Part shown: one piece after another, positions 17,989 through 26,501 of the stretch
How the letters are laid out: each line of letters begins with the position of its first letter
How positions within the stretch are numbered: the stretch's first letter is position 1
Source: Chloroflexota bacterium
GTDB lineage: Bacteria; Chloroflexota; Dormibacteria; Dormibacterales; Dormibacteraceae
Reading direction: 5' to 3'
Length of the DNA: 64,000 nt
Assembly: GCA_005882135.1 (NCBI GenBank)
Contig: VBDR01000037.1
Coordinates: 23,595 to 87,594, forward strand
The notes under the pieces: model-generated
What the model saw: only the letters and a program-made list of their open reading frames with translations
Database searches by the model: none
Told to the model about the DNA's origin: nothing
Program-made: the position numbers and the translations under genes

Positions 17989-18716
17989 CAAAGGCTGAGC
18001 CCTCCATCGACCGCGATGACCTGTCCCGTGATGAATCCCGCTCGCTCCGAGCACAGGAAGGCGACCGTCGCGGCCACCTCCTCCGCCGCCGCCTCGCGCC
18101 TGATCGGCGTCTGCTTGACGAGCTCGGCCACCATCTCATCGCTGAGCGAGCCGGCCGTGAGCTCTGTGCGCACATAGCCGGGTGCGACCGCGTTGCACGT
18201 GATGTTGCGCGAGCCATACTCGCGGGCGACCGACTTGGTGAACCCGATCAGCCCCGCCTTGGCGGCGGCATAGTTGGATTGGCCGGCGTTGCCGGTCAGG
18301 CCGACGATGGAGGAGATGTTCACGATGCGCCCCCAGCGCGCGCGCATCATGCCTGACATGATGGCAGCCCGGGTGGTCGCGAAAGCCGAGAGCAGGTCGG
18401 TGCGGATCAGGTCCTCCCAGTCGGGCGGCGACATCTGGATCAGCAGCTTGTCGCGCACGGCGCCGGCGTTGTTGACGAGCACGTCCACGCGGCCGATGGC
18501 CTTGACCATCGCCTCGACCTGGACGGGGTCGCCGACATCGGCCTGGTGTGCGGTGGCGTTGGGCAGCGCGGCGGCAGTCTCCTCCGCGGCCGCCTTGTCG
18601 GCTCGATAGTTCACGACCACGCGCGCACCCATGCCGGCGAGCGCCTGGCTGATAGCGCGACCGATGCCTTTACCGCCGCCCGTGACGAGCGCGGTCTTCC
18701 CATCCAGGTCACCCAC
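17988..18716 (-). CDS. fabG: 3-oxoacyl-ACP reductase
   Basis: SDR motifs TGGGKGIG, NNAG, and Y..AK in NYAAAKAG. Confidence 0.9.
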   Translation of the reverse strand: MGDLDGKTALVTGGGKGIGRAISQALAGMGARVVVNYRADKAAAEETAAALPNATAHQADVGDPVQVEAMVKAIGRVDVLVNNAGAVRDKLLIQMSPPDWEDLIRTDLLSAFATTRAAIMSGMMRARWGRIVNISSIVGLTGNAGQSNYAAAKAGLIGFTKSVAREYGSRNITCNAVAPGYVRTELTAGSLSDEMVAELVKQTPIRREAAAEEVAATVAFLCSERAGFITGQVIAVDGGLSL

Positions 18717-19661
18717 CTAAGCGGTCGTCGGTCCGGTGTAGTCGATGAACAGCTCTTCTGCATTCCAGGTGTCAACGCCCGGGAGATGCTTGGCCGCGAG
18801 GCTGGCGAGGACGCGGCCGGGTCCGAGCTCGACCACGGTGCGCACCTTCATCGCGCGCATCGAGACCATGGTCCGCGCCCAGTCGACCTGGCGCAGCATC
18901 TGCTGGCGCAGCTCATCCTGGAGCGCGGCGACCGTGCGCAGCGCCTCGCCCGAGGCGTTGGCGAGGATGGGGATCGATGGCGCTTTCAGCGGGAGCCTGT
19001 CGACAGCCTTGCGGAAAGCCGCGGCGGCCGCCTCCATCAGAGGTGTATGCGCGGCCAGCGGGATGGTCAGGATGAGCGCGCGGCGCGCGCCCGCGGCGAG
19101 CGCGAGGCGCTCGGCCTCCTGCACAGCCGGCATCTCGCCGGAGAGAACGAACTGGACGTCCGCGTTGCGGTTGGCGACCCACAGCTTTCCGTGCTGCGAC
19201 GCTTCGCCGCGGATGCGCTCCACCGCAGTCTCGTCGAGCCCGACGATGGCGATCATGCCCACGTGCTCGCCCGCGGCTTTCGCCATCACGCGCCCGCGCT
19301 CCTTCACCAGCAGGAGAGCGGTCTCCCACGGAATCGAACCGGCGGCCGCGAGCGAGGCGATCTCGCCCAGGCTGTGCCCGGCGGTGACGCTCACGTTCTC
19401 AAGGCCGTAGCTTTCGCGCCACACCTCATAAGCAGCCCAGCACACGGTCATCACGCAGGGCTGGATGACGTCGGTCCGGTTCAGCTCCTCGACCGGCCCC
19501 TCGAAGCAGAGCTTGCGCACGGGCATCTCCAGCACCTCTTCGGCGCGCTCGAACACGCGGCGCGCGGCCGGGTACCGGTCGTACAGGGTCTTGCCCATAC
19601 CCGGCTTCTGCACACCCTGTCCGGGGAACAGGAGCGCGATCGGGCCAGACAGGCTAATCAA
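18717..19661 (-). CDS. fabD: Malonyl-CoA:ACP transacylase
   Basis: LFPGQGVQ and GHSLGE active-site motifs. I prefer TTG 19661, which is preceded by GAGGAGGAG. The ATG at 19721 would add 20 atypical residues encoded by a stable hairpin. Confidence 0.88.
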   Translation of the reverse strand: MISLSGPIALLFPGQGVQKPGMGKTLYDRYPAARRVFERAEEVLEMPVRKLCFEGPVEELNRTDVIQPCVMTVCWAAYEVWRESYGLENVSVTAGHSLGEIASLAAAGSIPWETALLLVKERGRVMAKAAGEHVGMIAIVGLDETAVERIRGEASQHGKLWVANRNADVQFVLSGEMPAVQEAERLALAAGARRALILTIPLAAHTPLMEAAAAAFRKAVDRLPLKAPSIPILANASGEALRTVAALQDELRQQMLRQVDWARTMVSMRAMKVRTVVELGPGRVLASLAAKHLPGVDTWNAEELFIDYTGPTTA

Positions 19662-19696
19662 AGTCTCCTCCTCGGGAAAGAGAGCAGGCGCGCTTG

Positions 19697-19783
19697 CCCG
19701 GCCGCAAGGCCGGGTCGGCATACCTCTGGGGTCCCCGCGCGAAGCGCGGGAGGCCGTGAGAGGAAACCGGCAGGTTTCCTCTC
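19697..19783 (-). promoter_or_regulatory. Three consecutive perfect GC-rich hairpins in the fabH-fabD spacer (structured intra-operon RNA element)
   Basis: Stems read on the plus strand: CCCGGCC-GCAA-GGCCGGG (19697-19714), CCCGCGC-GAA-GCGCGGG (19734-19750), and GAGAGGAAACC-GGCA-GGTTTCCTCTC (19758-19783). Confidence 0.55.
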
Positions 19784-19810
19784 ATAAACATTTACGCCCA
19801 AGTCATGACC

Positions 19811-20848
19811 TCAGGCCCACTTCAAAAGGGTCGCGCCCCAGGTGAGCCCCGAGCCGAAACCTGCCAGCAAAACGTGGTCGCCGGGCTTGACCCGGCCGTT
19901 GCGGATGGCTTCCTCGAGCGCCAGGGGTATGGACGCGCTCGACGTATTGCCGTATTCGTCGATGTTGACCGCGACCCTCTCGATCGGCAGGCCGATGCGC
20001 CGCGCGGCGGCGTCGATGATGCGGAAGTTGGCCTGGTGGGGGACCCAGAGGTCGATCTCGTCGAGCCCAACTCCGGCCGCCTGGCAGACCTCGGTCGCCT
20101 GGCGGATGAAGATGTCGACCGCGAACTTGAACACGTCGGGTCCGACCATGTCGATGAACGGCGCCGGGTCCTTGGCCGCGTAGGCGCCCTTCTCGATGTT
20201 GCCGGCGGTCACCTGCGCATAGCCGCGGCCGTCGGAGCCGAGGCACCAGCTGAGGAAGCCGGCTCCTTTCGGCACGGTGCGCACGACCGCCGCGCCCGCA
20301 CCGTCGCCGAAGATGACGGCGGTCCCGCGGTCGGAGTAGTCGAGCATTCGCGACAGCACCTCCGCACCCACAACGAGCACCGTGTCCGCGCGCTCCGTGG
20401 CGATGAACGAGTCCGCGATCGACAGCGCGTAGACAAAGCTCGTGCAGGCGGCAAGCGTGTCCCAGGCCACAGCCCCGGGTGCGTCGAGCTCGTTCTGGAT
20501 CCTGCACGCTACGGACGGGAAGGGCCCGTCTGGCGAAGACGTGCCCACCAGGATCATGTCCAGGTCTTTGGGCGCGACGCCCGCCGCGTCGAGCGCCGAA
20601 CGCGCCGCTTTCGTCGCCAGCTCGAACGTGGTCGTGCCGGGCTCCGCGATGTGCCGGCGCCGGATGCCGGTGCGCTCGATGATCCACTTGTCGGACGTGT
20701 CCATCATCTTCTCGAGGTCGAAGTTCGAGATGATCTTTTTCGGCGCGTATACACCGACGCCGGCGATCGCGCTCGGCCGGCCCTTGGCCTGGAACGAGCG
20801 GAGCGGCACCGCATCCGACCGCGTGCGGTAGCTGGTCGTGATGGCCAT
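19811..20848 (-). CDS. fabH: 3-oxoacyl-ACP synthase III
   Basis: ACTSFVYAL (active-site Cys) and PHQANFRI...GNTSSASI. The start is taken at ATG 20848, 5 nt after the acpP stop. Confidence 0.9.
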   Translation of the reverse strand: MAITTSYRTRSDAVPLRSFQAKGRPSAIAGVGVYAPKKIISNFDLEKMMDTSDKWIIERTGIRRRHIAEPGTTTFELATKAARSALDAAGVAPKDLDMILVGTSSPDGPFPSVACRIQNELDAPGAVAWDTLAACTSFVYALSIADSFIATERADTVLVVGAEVLSRMLDYSDRGTAVIFGDGAGAAVVRTVPKGAGFLSWCLGSDGRGYAQVTAGNIEKGAYAAKDPAPFIDMVGPDVFKFAVDIFIRQATEVCQAAGVGLDEIDLWVPHQANFRIIDAAARRIGLPIERVAVNIDEYGNTSSASIPLALEEAIRNGRVKPGDHVLLAGFGSGLTWGATLLKWA

Positions 20849-20853
20849 CGGCG

Positions 20854-21117
20854 CTATGCCTCCAACCGCTCGGCGGTCTTTTGCTCCAGGAACTTCCACA
20901 GGTCGGCGATGGTCTTCATGTTCTCGAGCTCCGCGTCCGGCAGCTCGACGTCGTACTTGTCTTCGATCGCGGCGATCAGCTCGACGAGGTCGAGCGAGTC
21001 GGCCGCGAGGTCGCGCTGAAAGCTCTTGTCCATCTGGACCTGGTCGGGGTCGATGCCGAGGATCTCGGCCGAGAGGTCCTGAAGCTCTTTGAAGTTGAGC
21101 TGGCTTGCCATGGGCAA
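20854..21117 (-). CDS. acpP: Acyl carrier protein
   Basis: 87 aa with the DLAADSLDLVELI phosphopantetheine-serine motif. Confidence 0.9.
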   Translation of the reverse strand: MPMASQLNFKELQDLSAEILGIDPDQVQMDKSFQRDLAADSLDLVELIAAIEDKYDVELPDAELENMKTIADLWKFLEQKTAERLEA

Positions 21118-21122
21118 TCCTC

Positions 21123-22394
21123 CTAGTTATTCGCGCCCATCGGGCTCTTCTTGATGACGAGGGTCGCGTTGTGGCCGCCGAACCCGAACGAGTTCGAGAT
21201 CGCCACTTTTACGTCTGCCTTGCGCGCCTTGTTGGGCACGTAGTCGAGATCGCACTCGGGGTCGGGGTCGTCCAGGTTGATCGTGGGCGGGAGCAGACCG
21301 CGGTCAAGCGCCAGCACGCAGGCGGCGGCCTCGATGGCGCCGGCGGCGCCGAGCAGGTGACCGTGCACCGACTTGGTGGAGCTGATCGCCAGCTCGCGGG
21401 CGTGGTCGCCGAACACGGCCTTGATCGCCTTGGTCTCAGCCACGTCGCCGAGCTTGGTCGAGGTGCCGTGCGCGTTGACGTAGCCGACATCCTTGGGGTC
21501 GACCCCGCTCGTCTCGAGCGCGTGGCGCATGGCGCGCATCGCCCCCTTGCCTTCCGGTTGCGGAGCGGTGAAGTGATACATGTCAGCGGTCGCGCCGTAA
21601 CCCGCGATCTCGGCCAGGATCCTGGCCCCGCGCTGCCTGGCGTGGTCCATGTCCTCGAGGACGAACATCACCGAGCCTTCACCCATGACAAACCCGTCTC
21701 GTCCGAGGTCGAACGGGCGGCAGGCTTTCTCGGGCTCGTCGTTGCGCTCGCTGGTGGCCTTGATCTGGCAGAAGGCTCCCATCGTGAGCGGCGTGATGGT
21801 GGCTTCCGAGCCGCCGGCCAGCATCGCGACCGCGTCGCCGCGCTTGATGATCTCCGAGGCTTCGCCGAGGCCGTGCGCGCTCGAGGCGCAGGCGCTGACG
21901 ATCGCGTAGTTGGGACCGCCGGCGTGGGTGTGGATGGCCACGATCCCGGCCGCCATATCGGCGATCATCATCGGCACCGTGAAGGGGCTGATCCGCTTGG
22001 GCCCGCGCTCCATGAGCGCGGTGTGGCTCTTCTCGATCTCCTCCATGCCGCCGATGCCTGAGCTGACGATCACGCCAACGTCGTCGGGATTCATCCCCGC
22101 GGGGTCGAGGCCGGCCTGAGCGAGCGCCTGCTTGGATGCCGCGAGGGCGAACTGGCAGTAGCGCCCGATGTGGCGGGCGGTCTTCCGGTCCATGTACTCC
22201 TCGGCGTTGAAACCCTTGACCTCGGCTGCGATCTTGGTATCGAAGCTGGTGGTGTCGAAGCGCGTGATGCGGCCAACGCCGGAGACGCCCTCGACCATGT
22301 TCGACCACACCGTTTCGAGGTCATTCCCGATGGGCGTGATGAAACCCATGCCGGTGACGGCCACGCGGCGACCGTTTGAGTGGGAAGTTGTCAT
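21123..22394 (-). CDS. fabF: 3-oxoacyl-ACP synthase II
   Basis: RRVAVTGMG...SACASSAH...NAHGTST...NSFGFGGHN. The start is taken at ATG 22394 (MTTSHSNGRRVAVTG). Confidence 0.9.
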   Translation of the reverse strand: MTTSHSNGRRVAVTGMGFITPIGNDLETVWSNMVEGVSGVGRITRFDTTSFDTKIAAEVKGFNAEEYMDRKTARHIGRYCQFALAASKQALAQAGLDPAGMNPDDVGVIVSSGIGGMEEIEKSHTALMERGPKRISPFTVPMMIADMAAGIVAIHTHAGGPNYAIVSACASSAHGLGEASEIIKRGDAVAMLAGGSEATITPLTMGAFCQIKATSERNDEPEKACRPFDLGRDGFVMGEGSVMFVLEDMDHARQRGARILAEIAGYGATADMYHFTAPQPEGKGAMRAMRHALETSGVDPKDVGYVNAHGTSTKLGDVAETKAIKAVFGDHARELAISSTKSVHGHLLGAAGAIEAAACVLALDRGLLPPTINLDDPDPECDLDYVPNKARKADVKVAISNSFGFGGHNATLVIKKSPMGANN

Positions 22395-22459
22395 ACGTCC
22401 AGCATAGGGACGCCACGGCCAATCGGCAGCCGCGCCGAGTGGCAAAACCTGGACGAGTC

Positions 22460-22478
22460 TTTGGACTCAATGTCCAAA
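22460..22478. promoter_or_regulatory. AT-rich perfect palindrome TTTGGAC-N5-GTCCAAA upstream of fabF (candidate operator)
   Basis: Seven-bp arms. It lies 6 nt downstream of the PucR-gene stop and 66 nt upstream of the fabF ATG. A TATGCT box sits at 22406-22401, 6 nt before the ATG. Confidence 0.4.
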
Positions 22479-22484
22479 TCGTAT

Positions 22485-23792
22485 TCAGAGCAGCTTCTGG
22501 AGGTCGAGCGCCAGCTGGAGGCGAAGCCGGGTGGCGGGCACGTCCAGGTCCCCGCCCAGCAGCTCGCGCAGCTTCTCCAGGCGATAGAGCACGGTGTGCC
22601 GGTGCAAGCCCAGCGCCGCGGCCGCCTCTTTGACCGAGCCGCGGGCGAGATAGGCTTCGAGCGTTTCCAGGAGCTGTTCGCGGTTGCGCACCTTGGGATC
22701 CATGAGGGGGCCGAGGCTGTGGGAGACAAAGCGTTCGGCGAGCAGCGGGTTCTGCGCCAGCACCAGGTGCGGGATCACGTCATCGTGGCGGTGCGCGATC
22801 GAATCCGGCCTCAGCTTGCGCCCAGCCTCGAACGCCTGCTGCGCCTCCAGGTACGACCGGGAGATGCCGTGCAAGCCGGGGTGATAGCCGCCGATTCCCG
22901 CTCGCACGCGCGCGCCGAGCTGGCCCGCTCTCTGCTCGACCTGGGATTGAAGCTGGGTGACGAACTGACGCGCCGACTCCGCGTCGGCGACTGTCTCGGC
23001 CGGCCACAGCACGACGAGGGTGCTGGGATCGGTGGCGAGGACGAGGGTGCCTCGACGCAGCTCGAGCGAGTCGGCGACCTCCGCGAGAGCCTGCCCGCCA
23101 CGCTCGCCGTCGCGATTGCCCATCACCAGCTTGCACACCACGGCGACGTAGCCGGTTGCAACCAGCGGTGTGTTGATCGCCAGGGCCTGCCGCTGGAGCT
23201 CGAGCTCGGAGTCGAAGTTGTCGCTGATGAGGGAGTGGAAAAGCCGGGCGTGGGCACGGGTGCCGCGCTGCATGTGCTGCTCGCGCGAGTGCAGGTAGGT
23301 TTTCGTCACCTCGGCGGCGACCTGGTCCAGGGCGGCGAAAACGTAGTTGGCGATGAGCATGATGGCCTCTGGGGTCGCTTCCTGATGGCGCTGCCAGGCG
23401 CGAAGGATCTCGTCCCAGGCGACCCGCGCCGCGATGCGATAAGCGGCGAGGATGGGTTCCACCGACTGGCTGCTGCGCGCCTGGAGGATTCCCAGCTGGG
23501 CGACTCGCCGGAGCTCCTCCTGGGTGGCGGGTCGGGCCTCGCGAGCCGTGGCCAGGAACAGGTCAAGCCCGGCGGCGCAGGCGCGCACGATGGCGTCGCG
23601 CTGTGGTGGTACCCCGGTCGAGTTGTCCCAGCGGACCAGGGTCACGACCGCGCGCGCCATGTGCCTCGCCATGCCGGCGTGGCGCCGCTCGAGCTCGTCG
23701 ATCAAACCCTGCGGCAGCCGGGGCGCGACCCTTGCCGCCTTGGACCTGGGGGCCAGCCTGGCCATGCCGTCGACTATACGTGCCGAACCCAA
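22485..23792 (-). CDS. PucR/CdaR-family transcriptional regulator (FasR-like position)
   Basis: C-terminal PucR HTH: LLETLEAYLARGSVKEAAAALGLHRHTVLYRLEKLRELLG. Confidence 0.8.
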   Translation of the reverse strand: MGSARIVDGMARLAPRSKAARVAPRLPQGLIDELERRHAGMARHMARAVVTLVRWDNSTGVPPQRDAIVRACAAGLDLFLATAREARPATQEELRRVAQLGILQARSSQSVEPILAAYRIAARVAWDEILRAWQRHQEATPEAIMLIANYVFAALDQVAAEVTKTYLHSREQHMQRGTRAHARLFHSLISDNFDSELELQRQALAINTPLVATGYVAVVCKLVMGNRDGERGGQALAEVADSLELRRGTLVLATDPSTLVVLWPAETVADAESARQFVTQLQSQVEQRAGQLGARVRAGIGGYHPGLHGISRSYLEAQQAFEAGRKLRPDSIAHRHDDVIPHLVLAQNPLLAERFVSHSLGPLMDPKVRNREQLLETLEAYLARGSVKEAAAALGLHRHTVLYRLEKLRELLGGDLDVPATRLRLQLALDLQKLL

Positions 23793-23828
23793 TGTTGGAC
23801 TCCGCGTCGATGTCGCGGATCGCGGGAG

Positions 23829-24578
23829 CTAGCTGTGCTTCTTCACGAAATCCAGCATTCGCCGCCACGCGTCGTCACACGCGTCCTTCCACTGCGCGAA
23901 CGCCCGATCGAAAAAGCTGTGTGGAGCGCCCTCGTAGACGTGCATCTCGTGAGGCACGCCTTCCGTCGAGAGGCGGCGCTCCAACCCACGGGCGACATCC
24001 ACCGGCGTCGCCGCGTCCGCGCCGGCGACCAGGAGCAAGAGCGGTGCCTTCATCTTCGAGATGTACGGCTCGCTGCGAACCGGCCTCCCATAAAAGCCGA
24101 TGCACCCGCTCAGCGCAGGGTTGAGCGCGGATTGGTTCCACGACGAGGAGCCACCGAAACAGAAGCCAACTGTGAAAACCGACTTGACCGCTCCCCCGTC
24201 TTTCGACTTGAGGTGCCCGATGGCGGCAGCGACATCGGCCGCGATGTTTTCCTGCGTGGTCTTCTCGACATGGGGCATGTATTCGAAGCCCTCGCTCCGA
24301 TCGCCGATACCGGCCGTGCGGCCGAAGTAGTCGATCGCGACCGCATCGATTCCCGCCTCGGCAAATCGCTGCGCCAACTCCTTGTAGAACTGGTGCAGCC
24401 CGCGGACGTCTGGCATCACCACCATGCCGGCGCCACTCGGCCTGGCAGCCCGCGCAAAGTAAGCGCCGAGCTTCGTCCGGTCCGAAGAGGTGAGCACGAA
24501 GTCTCCCTGGTCGGCGGCAGCTCCGCCAATCGAAAGGATGGGCGGCAACGGCGGACGCGAATCATCTCCATGGCACAT
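23829..24578 (-). CDS. Dienelactone hydrolase family protein
   Basis: Alpha/beta hydrolase with nucleophile elbow GFCFGG and a C-terminal HSF motif. Confidence 0.8.
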   Translation of the reverse strand: MCHGDDSRPPLPPILSIGGAAADQGDFVLTSSDRTKLGAYFARAARPSGAGMVVMPDVRGLHQFYKELAQRFAEAGIDAVAIDYFGRTAGIGDRSEGFEYMPHVEKTTQENIAADVAAAIGHLKSKDGGAVKSVFTVGFCFGGSSSWNQSALNPALSGCIGFYGRPVRSEPYISKMKAPLLLLVAGADAATPVDVARGLERRLSTEGVPHEMHVYEGAPHSFFDRAFAQWKDACDDAWRRMLDFVKKHS

Positions 24579-24607
24579 GACCCGATTCTCGCTTAGTCTG
24601 AAAGTGC

Positions 24608-25129
24608 GTGAAGATCGAGAGCCCGGCTTTCACCATGGACGATGTCCGCTCGTTCATGGACAGCTACCAGGACCGAGACCGGAACCTTCTCGCGGATCGG
24701 CTCCAGCGAGCCTCCGACCGGCTCGCGGAGATCGCGCCGCGCATCAGCGCAGAGAAGGGTGACGGCGACCAGTGGAACGCGCACGAGGTGCTTGCTCACC
24801 TTGCCGTCGTCTCCAAGTTCTACGGCGTGCTGGTGCACCGCATCGCCAGCGGGAAGCTGTCCGACCTCAATCTTCTCGAGGCGGTGAACCTACGCGACGC
24901 GGCGGGGCACCAGATGTCACAGCTCGAGCCGGCCGAGCTGCTGCGGATGACGCTCGCCGACCACGAGCGCACCATCAACACCTTGCGCACGGCGGAGCCG
25001 GCCTCACTACGGCGCACCGCGCACGTCGATGACAGCACGACGATGAGCGCCGAGGAAGTCGCACGCCTCCCCCTGATCACACACCTGGAGATGCACATCG
25101 AGCAGCTCGAGAAGCTGCTCGCTCAGTAA
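24608..25129 (+). CDS. DinB-family (four-helix bundle, metal-binding) protein
   Basis: WNAHEVLAHLAVV and a C-terminal ITHLEMHIEQL histidine pattern. GTG start. Confidence 0.7.
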   Translation: MKIESPAFTMDDVRSFMDSYQDRDRNLLADRLQRASDRLAEIAPRISAEKGDGDQWNAHEVLAHLAVVSKFYGVLVHRIASGKLSDLNLLEAVNLRDAAGHQMSQLEPAELLRMTLADHERTINTLRTAEPASLRRTAHVDDSTTMSAEEVARLPLITHLEMHIEQLEKLLAQ

Positions 25130-25149
25130 GGTCGTCGGTCAGTCGTCGG

Positions 25150-25572
25150 TCAGTCGCTGACCTGCGCGTAGCCCAACCTTCGCAGCTCGCCGCGGATCGT
25201 CGCCGCGGCCTGGTCCATCATCTTCGGGTCCGGATCGGGATCCTGGTTGCCGAAGTCGAGGTCGTGCAGCCTGCGGATCGGCACGACGTGGAAATGGCAG
25301 TGGGGCACCTCGAGTCCGGCGAGCACGACGCCGATGCGCTCGGGCTTGAACCCCGACATCTGCGCATGCCCGATCGCCTGCGCCGTCTCCGCCAGGTGGC
25401 ACAGGAGCGACGGATCGAGGTCGAGCCAGTGGTCGACCTCCTCCCGCGGCACGACGAGCGCATGGCCCGGACGCAAAGGCCGGTTGGAGAGAAAGACCAC
25501 GCACCGGTCGTCCTTCCACACGAAGCGCGCCGGCAGCCGACCTTCGATGATCTGCGTGAAGATCGTGGTCAA
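25150..25572 (-). CDS. HIT-family nucleotide hydrolase/transferase
   Basis: Histidine triad HCHFHVVP. TTG start. Confidence 0.88.
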   Translation of the reverse strand: MTTIFTQIIEGRLPARFVWKDDRCVVFLSNRPLRPGHALVVPREEVDHWLDLDPSLLCHLAETAQAIGHAQMSGFKPERIGVVLAGLEVPHCHFHVVPIRRLHDLDFGNQDPDPDPKMMDQAAATIRGELRRLGYAQVSD

Positions 25573-25579
25573 CCTGACA

Positions 25580-25597
25580 AGCCTAAATCGGTAGGCT
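25580..25597. promoter_or_regulatory. Back-to-back -10 boxes for two divergent leaderless-type transcripts
   Basis: On the plus strand, TAGGCT (25592-25597), 7 nt, then GTG 25605. On the minus strand, TAGGCT (25585-25580), 7 nt, then TTG 25572. Neither start has a Shine-Dalgarno sequence. Confidence 0.45.
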
Positions 25598-25604
25598 GGG
25601 TCGC

Positions 25605-26501
25605 GTGAGCGCGCCCGCCGTCGAGCTCGTCAACGTTTCCAAGCGGTACGGCGAGGTGCACGCGCTGGACGACGTCACCCTCGCCATCCAGCCCGGCGAG
25701 GTGGTCGCGATGTTGGGACCCAACGGCGCCGGCAAGACGACGTCGATCAGTCTCATGCTCGGCATGCGCAACCCCACGTCCGGCACCGCGCGCCTGTTCG
25801 GGATGGACCCGAAAGACCTGAGAGCCCGAAGCCGGATCGGCGTCATGCTGCAGGAATCCGGGGTGCCCGGGATGCTCCGCGTCGAGGAGATCGTCGACCT
25901 CTTTCGCTCTTACTATCCAGCCCCTCTCTCAAGGTCGGAGGCGATCCAGATGGCCGGGCTCGAAGCAAAGGCCCACAGCCTGGTCAAAGACCTGTCCGGC
26001 GGACAGCATCAGCGCCTGTACCTGGCGCTGGCGGTTTGTGGCAACCCCGACGCCCTCTTCCTCGACGAGCCGACTGTGGGCATGGACGTCGAGGGGCGCC
26101 GGCGCTTTCTGGAGGAGATCGGGGAGCTTGCGGCGAAGGGCCGCACCGTGGTCCTGACCACTCATTACCTGGAGGAAGCCGATCAGCTGGCGAAACGGAT
26201 CATCGTCATCAACCACGGCCGCGTGATCGCAGACTCGTCCCCGGCCGCGATCAAGGCACGCGTCGCCGGCAAGCGCATCACCTTCTCGACCACCGCCCCG
26301 CCAGAAGAAAGCCAGCTCGCGGGCCTCCGCCTGAGCTCCAGGCAGATCGAGGATCATCGGGTGCGACTTCTGACCAACGAGCCGGAAGAGGTCCTGCGCG
26401 AGCTCTTCCGTCGCGGCGTTGAAATCCAGAACCTCGAAGTGGCGGGGGCCGACCTGGAAGAAGCCTTCCTGGCCATGACCCACGATGACGTAGCGCCGTG
26501 A
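25605..26501 (+). CDS. ABC transporter ATP-binding protein (ABC-2/DrrA-like)
   Basis: Walker A GPNGAGKTT, signature LSGGQHQRL, Walker B LFLDEP. Confidence 0.9.
   Translation: MSAPAVELVNVSKRYGEVHALDDVTLAIQPGEVVAMLGPNGAGKTTSISLMLGMRNPTSGTARLFGMDPKDLRARSRIGVMLQESGVPGMLRVEEIVDLFRSYYPAPLSRSEAIQMAGLEAKAHSLVKDLSGGQHQRLYLALAVCGNPDALFLDEPTVGMDVEGRRRFLEEIGELAAKGRTVVLTTHYLEEADQLAKRIIVINHGRVIADSSPAAIKARVAGKRITFSTTAPPEESQLAGLRLSSRQIEDHRVRLLTNEPEEVLRELFRRGVEIQNLEVAGADLEEAFLAMTHDDVAP

Noticed and set aside
22380-24596. 738-aa plus-strand ORF, the longest uncharacterised ORF in the track
   Set aside because: It is entirely antisense to the well-supported PucR regulator and dienelactone hydrolase genes. Its composition is Arg/Gly/Leu/Ala-rich and low in complexity, with no recognisable motif. 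This is a typical high-GC shadow ORF.
25131-25152. 11-bp tandem duplication GTCGTCGGTCA x2 (plus a partial third) between the convergent DinB and HIT genes, spanning the HIT stop codon
   Set aside because: It is very short and explained by replication slippage. It has no hairpin potential and no coding consequence beyond the stop position, so it is probably not functional.
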